Origin: Gammaproteobacteria bacterium
Lineage (GTDB): Bacteria; Pseudomonadota; Gammaproteobacteria; Steroidobacterales; UBA11654
NCBI GenBank assembly: GCA_029242945.1
Contig: JAQWSZ010000009.1
Coordinates: 1 to 60,369 of the forward strand
DNA: 60,369 bases
Direction of reading: 5' to 3'
Within the stretch, counting starts at the first letter, position 1, and each line of letters begins with the position of its first letter. Of this stretch, positions 1-9,727 are shown piece by piece. A model generated the notes under the pieces. That model saw only the letters and a list, made by a program, of their open reading frames with translations, was not told where the DNA came from and made no database searches. The position numbers were made by a program, and so were the translations under genes.

Positions 1-462
1 CAACCTTCCATATCGGCTAATGAAAACACAGATGAAGAAAAAGTCGGTGAGCTCATTTATAACCATGAAGTTGTTTATGCTTGTACTGGTTGGTTAAACC
101 CTGATAAAGACCAAGATGAAACATCCATTCAATTACACAAATTCATCTGTGGAGTCTATTTAGGTATGGTGCAGGAGCAGAATCAATATCATCAACATTT
201 TATTGAATACTTTACTGAGAAAGAAGATAAGGAGATGGTTGATTTTGCAGATGTTTATGAACTAACGGGTTGTAATATTGGAGGTCTCAGTCATCGAGAA
301 TTTGGACAACTTTATTTAGATTTTATGAAAAATAATGAAGACATAATGGACTATAACTTCTATGGTTCTCTGCATGGAACTTTAAAGCCATACTGTAATT
401 CTTTAAGAGATAAGAATATAGATTTCTATCTTAATGAATCAGGTGATAGGAGGCGAATATGA
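1..462 (+). CDS. 5'-truncated Cys-containing protein, possibly Rap1a/Tai immunity-like fold
   Basis: Frame is open from base 1 (QPSISANENTDEEKVGELIYNHEVVYACTG...FICGVYLGMVQ...), so the gene starts before the window. Four spaced Cys, ending in LKPYC. Confidence 0.5.
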   Translation, partial: QPSISANENTDEEKVGELIYNHEVVYACTGWLNPDKDQDETSIQLHKFICGVYLGMVQEQNQYHQHFIEYFTEKEDKEMVDFADVYELTGCNIGGLSHREFGQLYLDFMKNNEDIMDYNFYGSLHGTLKPYCNSLRDKNIDFYLNESGDRRRI

Positions 463-701
463 TCGAACGAGTAATGAATCTTCCAATCTTTATGTTCACT
501 AGAGTAGCTTTATCAGTTCTAATTTCTGCATCAGCGGGGATAATAGTATTAAGTTTTTTATGGATGTTTTGGGGTTTCGCTGATGATGTTTATAATGCAT
601 TAGTTCTTGAAGAAGAAGTAATAGTAAAAGAAACATCAGTAGATCTATCTCCAAATATACAACCGATACTTGTGACTGCTAAGAAAAGAACAATAGAATA
701 G
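459..701 (+). CDS. small hypothetical membrane protein
   Basis: 80 aa with one hydrophobic segment; ATGA overlap with the upstream stop. Confidence 0.5.
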   Translation: MIERVMNLPIFMFTRVALSVLISASAGIIVLSFLWMFWGFADDVYNALVLEEEVIVKETSVDLSPNIQPILVTAKKRTIE

Positions 702-703
702 AA

Positions 704-1777
704 TTAGACATCATTATTGTTATCTATTAGGTTTGAGTCTTCTTCTAAAATTTTTGCACTTTCTATCTTTCTTGTTGAGTCAGCAATTCCCATGTCTTCA
801 ATTTTCCTAATTGACGGCATAACTCTACTTTCCCAAGATCTTACTCCATTGCTATAGGCTTTAACGGCACGACCAAGATCAGTTCCAATTTTTTTAAAGA
901 AATCATCATAGAATTTTTTGAGTCTTGTATGCATCTCGAGTGCTTGATTCTTTATTTCTTCTGCATTTTCATAGACTTCTTGCTGTTGCCAAGTAAGCAT
1001 GATTGTTTTTAATGCCGCATAAACCAAAGAGGGTGGACAAACCATAACTCGATGCTTTGCTGCTTGTTCTACAAGATCAGGTATTTGTTCAATCGCTGAC
1101 ATGTATATTGAGACATTGGGTACATACATGATTACAAAATCTGGTGTCTTCTTTTCTATGACACCTGAGTAATCTTTCTTGCCCAGTTTTTTTGCATGAT
1201 CAAGCACATTTTTTGCATGCTCTTTGAGTTTTTGTTTTTTAAGCTTTTTGTCATCAATTTCTACAGCTTCTTTATAAAGTTTCATCGGGGCTTTAGAGTC
1301 AATTATTATCGTCCCTTTATCTGGAGTATTGACATAAACATCTGGTCTGAAATCACCTGCATCAGTTTTTTCTGATTGTTGTTCACTGAAGTTAACTCCT
1401 TTAACAAATCCTGCTGTTTCCAGCATCACTTTTAATCCTTCTTCAGCCAATGCTCCTTGTTCTCCAGGGTTTGATAAGGATTCTGCCCATTGCGTATGTG
1501 ATTTAGTTAGATTTCCAACTTCTTGAGAAAGATTCTGAGTATTAGTATTCCATGTGGATGTTGCTTTGATGATGGCAGTATTTAGTGCTTCTAGTTTTTT
1601 TGTAATGTCATCTTCATTCTGTTGTTGATCGTCAGTGACTTCTTGTTGTATTTCTGAAAGTTCATCCCGAGCTGTTTCTCTAAAAATAGATTTAAGGAAG
1701 CCAGGCATAATTTTGAATGTAGCTAGTCCTCCGATAAGGATGCCAATAATAAGAGCTAAAATTATTTCAAGATTCAC
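704..1777 (-). CDS. rmuC: DNA recombination protein RmuC
   Basis: N-terminal TM helix, coiled coil, QG..AE, RPD..V..PD...IIIDSKAP nuclease-like motif, DFVIMYVP, CPPSL. Confidence 0.85.
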   Translation of the reverse strand: MNLEIILALIIGILIGGLATFKIMPGFLKSIFRETARDELSEIQQEVTDDQQQNEDDITKKLEALNTAIIKATSTWNTNTQNLSQEVGNLTKSHTQWAESLSNPGEQGALAEEGLKVMLETAGFVKGVNFSEQQSEKTDAGDFRPDVYVNTPDKGTIIIDSKAPMKLYKEAVEIDDKKLKKQKLKEHAKNVLDHAKKLGKKDYSGVIEKKTPDFVIMYVPNVSIYMSAIEQIPDLVEQAAKHRVMVCPPSLVYAALKTIMLTWQQQEVYENAEEIKNQALEMHTRLKKFYDDFFKKIGTDLGRAVKAYSNGVRSWESRVMPSIRKIEDMGIADSTRKIESAKILEEDSNLIDNNNDV

Positions 1778-1820
1778 GTTTTAATCTTATCATCATATAA
1801 TGAATGAGCAATGAGATAGG

Positions 1821-2663
1821 ATGGAATCAATGAAATTAGTCAAAAAATTTAGTTTATTTATATTAATGCTTGGGTTTTTAAATCCAAGTTTTGCTTTTGG
1901 TGAAAGTTTCGGTGAGTTTGAGGATCATAGACATGATATGCCTGTGACTTCAGAAGGTGCCAATCGCTCACCTATTAATAAGATCGTTTCGTCTGAGATT
2001 TTATACGGACAAACCAATGATCAGTCTCATAAGGGTTACTTAGCAAAACCAAGTAGTAGTCAACCTAAGTCAGCATTGATCGTGATTCATGAATGGTGGG
2101 GATTGAATGAAGACATCCATTTAATGGCAAATCAATTGGCTGGATTGGGTTACACCGCATTGGCAGTGGATCTCTATGATGGGCAAACAGCAACCAAGCC
2201 AAAAGATGCATATCAACTAAGTACCAATCTATCTAATAATGAAGCAATCGCATTGGCAAATTTAAAAACAGCTTATGATTATCTGAAAAATGAAGTGGGT
2301 GCTGGAAAGATTGGCATTATTGGCTGGTGCTTGGGTGGAAAATGGTCTTTAAGAGGTGCTTTAATGTTGCCCAAAGACATTGATGCTGCCGTTATTTATT
2401 ATGGCAGTTTGATAGATGATAAAGAGAGATTAGCAACCCTTGAGATGCCCATTATTGGTTTTGTCGGAACTAAGGACCGTTTGCATAAACAATTTATCGC
2501 CTTTGATAAGGATCTTAAAGCATTAGATAAAAATGCCAGCATTCATTTTTATGATGGCGCTAGACATGCTTTTGCCAATGCATCAGGTACAGCTTATGAG
2601 CCTGTTGCTGCTGAAGATTCTTGGCAGAAAACTATTCGATTTCTAGCTGAGCACCTAGACTGA
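1821..2663 (+). CDS. dienelactone hydrolase family protein, exported
   Basis: Signal peptide; HEWWGLN, GWCLGG (Cys nucleophile), HAFAN motifs. Confidence 0.9.
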   Translation: MESMKLVKKFSLFILMLGFLNPSFAFGESFGEFEDHRHDMPVTSEGANRSPINKIVSSEILYGQTNDQSHKGYLAKPSSSQPKSALIVIHEWWGLNEDIHLMANQLAGLGYTALAVDLYDGQTATKPKDAYQLSTNLSNNEAIALANLKTAYDYLKNEVGAGKIGIIGWCLGGKWSLRGALMLPKDIDAAVIYYGSLIDDKERLATLEMPIIGFVGTKDRLHKQFIAFDKDLKALDKNASIHFYDGARHAFANASGTAYEPVAAEDSWQKTIRFLAEHLD

Positions 2664-3758
2664 GAGAATCAGACCTTCAGTTGGGGCAATTTTGTCTTGG
2701 ACAACCTTGGTGAAATTATCTTCTATTGCTTCAATTCCATGACCTCTGGTGATACTCATCCATTGATGACTGTATTGTTGGAAATCAATTAAGCTAAGGC
2801 CAATTCGTTTTTGCACTTCACCTGGCCCCCATTCTTCGGTTCTTTTTTGTGCCTGTGTTGGTGCGAAAAAAAACGTAGGTTTGGCACCCGGAAAAGAACT
2901 CATGTCACCTACATTGAAATCTTTTTGTTCAGCCTGATGAGTGGCACCCACGCTACAGGAGTACTTCACATTGTCTTGAAAATGTTCATGAAGGTCTTGC
3001 ATTGCTGGAAAATTCCCAGCCATATCAACAATCATGATGGGTTCATTTTTATCAAGTGTTTGGGCTTGATCGTAAGTAATGATTTCATCATAGCACCCCA
3101 GACTTTGGCAAAACTCCACGTTCTTTTCTGAAGTCATGCCAATGGTTTTCTTGCCGCCTCGTTGCTTTACAGTAAAAGCTAGTGCAATACTGGTTTTAGA
3201 CGATGCACAGGTAATGACATAAGCGTTGGCTCCAAAATAATTATTATCAAACATAAAATCATCAACCAGCCAGGAGGTTAAAAATAATCCACGCAGCAAT
3301 AAATCTTGGTCTTCTCTTGCCTCTTCGTATAACGGGTTGGCTTTGGTGTTGTCAAATCGTGAATAGATAGGGGCTAATTGTTGCCGATGTGGCACCACAT
3401 CACTAAACCCGGAGGAGGTGACATTACCGGCTTTTGCAATGAGATAATTCGACATTGGGTAGAATCCCCAATAACGATCTCCAACCCTGATATCTGGATG
3501 ATTAGAAGCCGCTACATTGGCATAACCCATGGCTGGCACTCGCCCAAATCCATCGGTGGTTGGAAAAAATTGCCAATAACCGAGCGTGTCACCGGCTAGG
3601 CAATATGAAATATTATTAGCAGTGAGGGCAAACCGATCGATAGCAAAGAGCACTTGATCAGTTTCAAGATTGCCGTCAAAAGTTGTGGTGTTGACTCGGG
3701 TGTTAGTCCATTGATCTTTTTGCACCTCAAAGGTGGTGATGTCAATCGGGTTAGTCAA
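2655..3758 (-). CDS. DUF2855 family protein
   Basis: FALTANNISY, YWQFFP, LFLTSWL, SASSKT-like (CASSKTS), VGATH, FFFAP motifs; TTG start overlapping the upstream gene's stop. Confidence 0.8.
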   Translation of the reverse strand: MTNPIDITTFEVQKDQWTNTRVNTTTFDGNLETDQVLFAIDRFALTANNISYCLAGDTLGYWQFFPTTDGFGRVPAMGYANVAASNHPDIRVGDRYWGFYPMSNYLIAKAGNVTSSGFSDVVPHRQQLAPIYSRFDNTKANPLYEEAREDQDLLLRGLFLTSWLVDDFMFDNNYFGANAYVITCASSKTSIALAFTVKQRGGKKTIGMTSEKNVEFCQSLGCYDEIITYDQAQTLDKNEPIMIVDMAGNFPAMQDLHEHFQDNVKYSCSVGATHQAEQKDFNVGDMSSFPGAKPTFFFAPTQAQKRTEEWGPGEVQKRIGLSLIDFQQYSHQWMSITRGHGIEAIEDNFTKVVQDKIAPTEGLILSV

Positions 3759-4632
3759 TATCGAGTCCGTAGATTCTAATCACATTGTCTCTCAGTAGTT
3801 TTTTTCTCACTTGTGGTTTGAGATTCAGTCCATCGATATCATCGATTGATTTTTTAAACTCCAAGACAGGGAAATCCGTTCCAAAAATGACTTTGTCTTG
3901 CCCATAACTATTAAGGTAATGAATAAAACTTTTTGGCCAATACTTCGGTCTATGAGCATCACTACCAATGTAGATGTTCTCATGTTTCCAAGCCATCGAG
4001 ATCATTTCCTCATGCCAAGGAATACCCACATGAATGCCAATTAATTTTAATTCAGGAAAATCGCAAGCCACCGTATCCAATGTGATCGGTTGGCCCACAC
4101 TTCGTGTGCGATATTCCTTGGAGTAAACCATGGATTGTCCAACTTGCATTTGTATGGGAACATCCAGCTCACAACACTTCATATAAAAAGGGTAATACTT
4201 AGCATGGTCAGGAGCCAACTCATACCAATGTGGGTAGAGATGTGCGCCTATAAAGCCCATATTGGTCACTGCATCTTCAAAGGCTCGAACCCCATCCATG
4301 CCATCGAAGGGATCAATACCAGCCAGACCATAGAATCGATCGGGGTATTGTTCACAAGCTCGCGCTACTACTTCATAGGGCATGTGATAACAACCAGGCA
4401 TGCCAATCCGACCTGAATGTGCAGCAATCAGAAAAGCCTTTTCAATGCCGGCTTCTTCCATTTTTTCAATCATTTGCTCCAAGCTCAAACCAGCCATTAA
4501 ACCACTTTGTGCATTCATTTTATCGACGAAAAATTCATCGCCCCAATCGGGTCGATGAGACAGTGCTTCATCGGTCCAAATATTCACCACCGCATCGATG
4601 GCTTTGTATTCATTCTCTATTTGATCAGACAT
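3751..4632 (-). CDS. amidohydrolase family 2 protein
   Basis: HLYPHW, HVGIPW, VIFGTDFP motifs. Start reassigned to ATG 4632 (MSDQIENE), because the longer ORF crosses the riboswitch on the opposite strand. Confidence 0.85.
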   Translation of the reverse strand: MSDQIENEYKAIDAVVNIWTDEALSHRPDWGDEFFVDKMNAQSGLMAGLSLEQMIEKMEEAGIEKAFLIAAHSGRIGMPGCYHMPYEVVARACEQYPDRFYGLAGIDPFDGMDGVRAFEDAVTNMGFIGAHLYPHWYELAPDHAKYYPFYMKCCELDVPIQMQVGQSMVYSKEYRTRSVGQPITLDTVACDFPELKLIGIHVGIPWHEEMISMAWKHENIYIGSDAHRPKYWPKSFIHYLNSYGQDKVIFGTDFPVLEFKKSIDDIDGLNLKPQVRKKLLRDNVIRIYGLDID

Positions 4633-4702
4633 AGTTATTTTTTGATAAATTTCGAAGTTAGACAATAGCAAATATTCCCCAAATATACTATGATATCGCC
4701 GA

Positions 4703-4786
4703 CGTGCAAGGGGTGGCAAAAGCCTGAGATCTCGATTAAGGAACCCTTTGAACCTGAACCATCTAATTATGGCGGAGGAATAGCAT
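4703..4786 (+). ncRNA. TPP (thiamine pyrophosphate) riboswitch
   Basis: AGGGG-TGGC-aaaa-GCCTGAGA...ACCCTTTGAACCTGA-accatcTAAT-tatgGCGGAGGAA matches the TPP aptamer core; lies upstream of TBDR-PnuC-kinase. Confidence 0.9.
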
Positions 4787-4871
4787 GCTATTTTTACAAT
4801 TGAAAAAAAGGGTGAAGGACTAAGTGCAATACCGCACTGGTTCTGTTCCATGCAAATGGCGGAGGTGTACC

Positions 4872-7007
4872 ATGACTAAGTCTTTTAAAGACTATTTTTA
4901 TCCTATTGAGTTTTCATATTATTTAATTGCTCTCATGATCTTGTGTGCATGCATACCTTTGCATGCTAAAGATATCGAAGAGATCGTAGTTCGAGCGAGT
5001 TATCGTGATACCGCATTGAATCAAAATGATGGCAGTATTTTGGTGATTGATGAAGATCGCCTCGATGGCGAGCCAATGAAGCATTTTGAGCAGCTTTCTT
5101 TTTTAATACCCAATCTGAATTTCTCAGCCAGTGATTCCAGACCTCGATACTTTCAGATACGAGGGATTGGTGAGCGATCCGGTTATGAGGGAACGCCTAA
5201 TTCTTCCGTTGGTTTTATGATTGATGATATCGATTTCTCAGGACAAGGCGGCATCGCCACCAGTTTTGATTTGGAACAGGTTGAGGTGCATCGTGGTCCC
5301 CAAGGATCAAGAATGGGAGCCAATGCATTGGCTGGTATGATTTATATTCGATCCAAAGAACCGACCGAAACACTGGAAGGATTGACCGAACTCAATGTCG
5401 GTTCGGATGGCATTGCAAGTATTGGTTTTGCTATGGGCGGACCAATGCAAGGCAATTCAGCAGTGAAATACCGTTTTTCATTAAGGCAAGATGACAGTGA
5501 TGGATTTAGAGACAATTTGTATTTAAAGAGAAATGATACAACTGGCAAGGATGAATTCACAGGACGATTAAAGATTAATTGGCAAGCCAATGACAAGACG
5601 ATTGTGGATCTTCTTATACTCAATGTTGATGCGGATGCCAGTTCTGATATGTGGACCATCGATGGCAGTTTGAATACTTTATCGGATAAACCCGGTGTGG
5701 ATTCTCAAGATACTAATGCCTTGGGTTTAAAGATCAAACATGTGGCTGATGACTATCGTTTTGAAAGTCTGAGCAGTACTACCGATTCTGATATTACAGT
5801 CAGTTATGATGCCGATTGGAGTAATCCAGAGTCTAGCGCACCTTACATTTATGATTTTTTCTCTGAAACCAAAAGGTCCAGACGATCGTTTAATCAAGAA
5901 TTTAGATGGCTATCCAATCCAGCTGATTACAATTTAGGCAACCGATTGGAATGGGTGTTGGGAATGTACTATCTGAGATTGGATGAGCAAAATGATTCTA
6001 TGGATCTTGGACTCTATAGCAATCCTTTCAGCAGTCGCTCTCCCTATGTAGCGGACTCTGCTTCTACGAATAATTACGATTCAGAAAATACTGCTTTTTT
6101 TGCTAGCTTTGATTATTTAATCTCATCCTCAACAACCCTAAGTTTTGGTTTGCGTTGGGAAGACTGGCAAGCGAATTATAATGATACATATGGTGAGGTA
6201 TTCGCACCTGAGGACCAAATGCTGGGTGGTAAACTCTCTTTATTGAATGAATGGAGTGAGTATAGCAATATCTATGTGAGTGTCAGTCGGGGTTATAAAT
6301 CTGGTGGATTTAATTTAGGCACAGGATTGCAGGGAATCACATCGGATGCCAATTTAATGTACGATCCTGAATATCTTTGGAATTATGAAATGGGAATGAA
6401 TATTCGTTATCCTGAGTCTAATATGAGTTTGGATACTGTGTTTTTTTATTCCGATCGAGACAATCAACAGATCTTGTCTTCTACCCAAGTCGATCCTAAT
6501 GATCCCAATACTTTTTTGTTCTTAACTCAAAATGCGGCAGCCGGTGAGAACTATGGTCTTGAAATGAATTGGACCGCAATTCTTGATGATAATTTTAATC
6601 TTTTTGCATCCCTAGGCTTGTTGCGAACCAAGGTCACGAAATACGGCTCCCAGAGTGATTTGGAGGGAAGAGATCAAGCGCATGCTCCTCGAACCACTTA
6701 TGCAGTGGGTGTGAAATGGAAACCAACGAAGCAGATCTATGCTTCCCTTGATGTTACTGGAAAAAGCGGATTCTATTATTCGGATTCCCATAACAATAAA
6801 TCCAAATCTTACGCTTTAACTAATCTTGTTATTGGCTATCAACAAGATCAATGGAGCTATGAATTCTGGGCAAGAAATATCTTTGATCGATATTATTCTG
6901 TTCGAGGTTTTTATTTTGGTAATGAACCTCCCAGTTTTCCAGCAACTCTATTTCAACGACAAGGTGATCCGAGGCACATGGGCGTCCTAGTCCGATATGA
7001 GTTTTAA
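4872..7007 (+). CDS. TonB-dependent receptor, probable thiamine receptor
   Basis: GGAGG RBS before ATG 4872; signal peptide, EEIVVRA TonB box, VEVHRGPQG plug motif, GYKSGGFN, C-terminal YEF; follows the TPP riboswitch. Confidence 0.9.
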   Translation: MTKSFKDYFYPIEFSYYLIALMILCACIPLHAKDIEEIVVRASYRDTALNQNDGSILVIDEDRLDGEPMKHFEQLSFLIPNLNFSASDSRPRYFQIRGIGERSGYEGTPNSSVGFMIDDIDFSGQGGIATSFDLEQVEVHRGPQGSRMGANALAGMIYIRSKEPTETLEGLTELNVGSDGIASIGFAMGGPMQGNSAVKYRFSLRQDDSDGFRDNLYLKRNDTTGKDEFTGRLKINWQANDKTIVDLLILNVDADASSDMWTIDGSLNTLSDKPGVDSQDTNALGLKIKHVADDYRFESLSSTTDSDITVSYDADWSNPESSAPYIYDFFSETKRSRRSFNQEFRWLSNPADYNLGNRLEWVLGMYYLRLDEQNDSMDLGLYSNPFSSRSPYVADSASTNNYDSENTAFFASFDYLISSSTTLSFGLRWEDWQANYNDTYGEVFAPEDQMLGGKLSLLNEWSEYSNIYVSVSRGYKSGGFNLGTGLQGITSDANLMYDPEYLWNYEMGMNIRYPESNMSLDTVFFYSDRDNQQILSSTQVDPNDPNTFLFLTQNAAAGENYGLEMNWTAILDDNFNLFASLGLLRTKVTKYGSQSDLEGRDQAHAPRTTYAVGVKWKPTKQIYASLDVTGKSGFYYSDSHNNKSKSYALTNLVIGYQQDQWSYEFWARNIFDRYYSVRGFYFGNEPPSFPATLFQRQGDPRHMGVLVRYEF

Positions 7008-7578
7008 GACTCTATTAACAAACTTACCCGAGATCATTGCGGTGATTTTGGCGATTGTCTATTTACTATTAGCAGTGAAGCAAAACATTTGGTGTTGGTT
7101 AGCTTGGATTCTGAGTTCTTGTCTTTATTGCTACATCATGTATAGCGTAGGACTTTATATGGAGTCAGGTTTGCAAGTCTTTTATATCGTTATGGGTATT
7201 TATGGTTGGTCCCAATGGAAGCAATCCAAATCAGATACAGTTTTTGAAGTGTTTACATGGACTCCGATTCAGCATTGTTTTTCAATTCTTCTGATCTTAT
7301 TTCTAACCATTGCTTCAGGCTATTTATTGGACCAGTTTACCCAAGCGCTCCTTCCATTTTGGGATGCTCTGACAACTTGGGGTGCCATAATGGCAACTTA
7401 TATGGTTGCTAAAAAAGTTTTAGAAAATTGGCTCTATTGGTTTGCTATTGATTTAATATCTGTTTTTCTTTTTGCTTCAAGAGAGCTTTACTTAACCGCT
7501 TTTTTATTCTTTTTCTATCTTTTTATTATTGTCATAGGCTATCGATCTTGGAATCAGGCTCGATTAAGAGATGTCTGA
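6997..7578 (+). CDS. pnuC: PnuC-family vitamin transporter (PnuT-like thiamine transporter)
   Basis: YGW..W, WDALTT, LENWLYW..ID motifs; multi-TM; TPP riboswitch context. Confidence 0.85.
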   Translation: MSFKTLLTNLPEIIAVILAIVYLLLAVKQNIWCWLAWILSSCLYCYIMYSVGLYMESGLQVFYIVMGIYGWSQWKQSKSDTVFEVFTWTPIQHCFSILLILFLTIASGYLLDQFTQALLPFWDALTTWGAIMATYMVAKKVLENWLYWFAIDLISVFLFASRELYLTAFLFFFYLFIIVIGYRSWNQARLRDV

Positions 7579-8389
7579 TAATTTATACAAACTTAAACCC
7601 ATTGAAGGGTTAATTGAAATTGGTTCTTTAATTAAAGATGGACCTGTTTCACAAATATATTCTTGTTTCTTCAAGGGTGACCCAGGCATAATTCGGATTG
7701 ATAAATCACTAAGACAGCACTTCAATCTAAATCGAATTCAAGAGACAGAAATACTACAATTCATTCAGGATCAAGCCTATGCCCCTGAGATACTGTACTC
7801 CAAACCAAAGGGTGGATTACTCATCACACGATTAATTGAAGGCCAGCTTTTAACACAACAGTCGATTCGACAGGCTGATCATTTAAAGCTTTTGGCAGAA
7901 GCAATGCGATCCATTCATCAATTAAAACCGTCTATTGAGTTGACTCAGTTCAATGATTTCATTCTAAACTATCAAGCGGAATTGAGAGATCTAAGGAATT
8001 CTAAAATCCTTAGTCGAGGTTTTGATCTATTCAGGGAATTGAATCAAGATCAACAAAGTTTATGTTTTTGTCATAATGATCTTAATCATACGAATGTTTT
8101 GATTTCGAACAGCCTAAAAATTCTAGATTGGGAGTACTCGTCTTTAAATAATCCCTATTTTGACTTGTCTACAGTGATCGAGTTTCATAATTTGAATGAG
8201 GGTGAAATTGAAGTATTTTTGTCTCATTATGAGCAAGGATTAGCTCCTATTGATCACAAACTACTGCAGTCTTGGCAACTCATGTCACAATATATTAATA
8301 TGTTTTGGCTTATGATTTTACAGAAATACGATACAATATCAGACAATGAAAAATCATGGATGAACGATTTAGAAAAACGTTTGTCTTGA
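7571..8389 (+). CDS. choline/aminoglycoside-kinase-fold phosphotransferase (probable thiamine kinase)
   Basis: CHNDLN..N and ILDWEY motifs; overlaps the PnuC gene. Confidence 0.8.
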   Translation: MSDNLYKLKPIEGLIEIGSLIKDGPVSQIYSCFFKGDPGIIRIDKSLRQHFNLNRIQETEILQFIQDQAYAPEILYSKPKGGLLITRLIEGQLLTQQSIRQADHLKLLAEAMRSIHQLKPSIELTQFNDFILNYQAELRDLRNSKILSRGFDLFRELNQDQQSLCFCHNDLNHTNVLISNSLKILDWEYSSLNNPYFDLSTVIEFHNLNEGEIEVFLSHYEQGLAPIDHKLLQSWQLMSQYINMFWLMILQKYDTISDNEKSWMNDLEKRLS

Positions 8390-8408
8390 AAAAATAGGTT
8401 GAGAATTT

Positions 8409-9707
8409 ATGGCTAAAGTAAAAACATTTGATTTCGATACATTGTCCAATCATGCTGGGCAAAGACCGGATAAGGAAACTGGTGCAAGAGCAGTTCCTAT
8501 TTACCAGAGTGCTTCGTTTGTTTTTAGAGACTCTGATGCCGGTGCAGCCATGTTTAACATTGAGCGTGGCGGTCATGTGTATTCAAGAATCTCCAATCCA
8601 ACTAATGCGGTCTTAGAAGAGAGGATTTCTGCACTTGAAGGTGGCGTTGGTGCTGTGGCAACATCCAGTGGTCAAGCGGCTGTCTTTAATGCCATTGCTA
8701 CTCTAGTAGATCAAGGAGGACATATTGTATCCTCGCACGCACTCTATGGTGGAACTCATAATTTAATGGAATATACTTTGCCACGTTTTGGGATCAATAC
8801 AACGTTTGTAGACCCTAATGATATCGAAGCTTTTCGTAATGCAATCAAACCAGAAACAAGACTGATTTTTGGAGAAACGGTTGCCAATCCAAGAACAGAA
8901 GTGCTGGATATTCCAAAAGTAGCTGAGATTGCTCATGAGCATCACATACCCCTAATAGTGGATTCAACAACAACAACTCCTTATTTGATTCGGCCCTTTG
9001 ATTTAGGTGCTGATATTGTCGTTCATTCAGCCACTAAATTTCTCAGTGGTCATGGCACAGTAATGGCAGGCTTGATTGTTGATGGGGGCACCTTTGATTG
9101 GGAATCAACGGATAAGTTTCCTCAAATGACCGAGAAATACGCAGGGTTTCATAACTTGTCTTTTGTTGAGGAATTTGGACCTGCTGCCTATATTGCAAGA
9201 GTTAGAAATGAGGCTGCTCGGGATTTTGGAGCCTGTCTAGCTCCTAACTCTTCCTTTTTGGTTCTAAATGGTACCGAAACACTTTCTGTAAGAATGGATA
9301 AGCACATTAGTAATACGAAAAAAGTTGTAGCGTATCTGAAAAATCATGAGGTAGTGGAGTGGGTGAGTCATCCTGATCTTGAGGATCATCCAAATCATGA
9401 GTTAGCAAAAACTCTTCTACCCAAAGGATCAACAGCCGTTTTCAGTTTTGGCATCAAAGGAGGCAGAAAGGTTGGGCAAATTTTTATTGATCGTTTGGAT
9501 TTATTTTCCAATCTAGCTAACATTGGTGATTCCAAATCGTTAGTTATTCATCCAGCCAGTACAACACATCAAAGAATGTCAGTAGAAGATCTTGAAGCAG
9601 CAGGGATATCCGAAGGTTTGATTCGTTTGTCGATTGGTATTGAATCTGCTGATGACTTAATTGAAGATCTTGAAAAAGGATTTAGAGCAGCTGCTAAGGC
9701 TCTCTAG
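8409..9707 (+). CDS. metY: O-acylhomoserine sulfhydrylase (MetY family)
   Basis: YSRISNPT, HSATKFLSGHG PLP-lysine motif, ANIGD.KSL.IHPASTTH. Confidence 0.9.
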   Translation: MAKVKTFDFDTLSNHAGQRPDKETGARAVPIYQSASFVFRDSDAGAAMFNIERGGHVYSRISNPTNAVLEERISALEGGVGAVATSSGQAAVFNAIATLVDQGGHIVSSHALYGGTHNLMEYTLPRFGINTTFVDPNDIEAFRNAIKPETRLIFGETVANPRTEVLDIPKVAEIAHEHHIPLIVDSTTTTPYLIRPFDLGADIVVHSATKFLSGHGTVMAGLIVDGGTFDWESTDKFPQMTEKYAGFHNLSFVEEFGPAAYIARVRNEAARDFGACLAPNSSFLVLNGTETLSVRMDKHISNTKKVVAYLKNHEVVEWVSHPDLEDHPNHELAKTLLPKGSTAVFSFGIKGGRKVGQIFIDRLDLFSNLANIGDSKSLVIHPASTTHQRMSVEDLEAAGISEGLIRLSIGIESADDLIEDLEKGFRAAAKAL

Positions 9708-9727
9708 ATAAGGATAAATATAGAATT

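Noticed and set aside
4633-4871. N-terminal extensions of ORFs 3751..4851 (-) and 4824..7007 (+)
   Set aside because: They overlap each other and the riboswitch leader; better starts exist at 4632 and 4872 (the latter with a GGAGG RBS).
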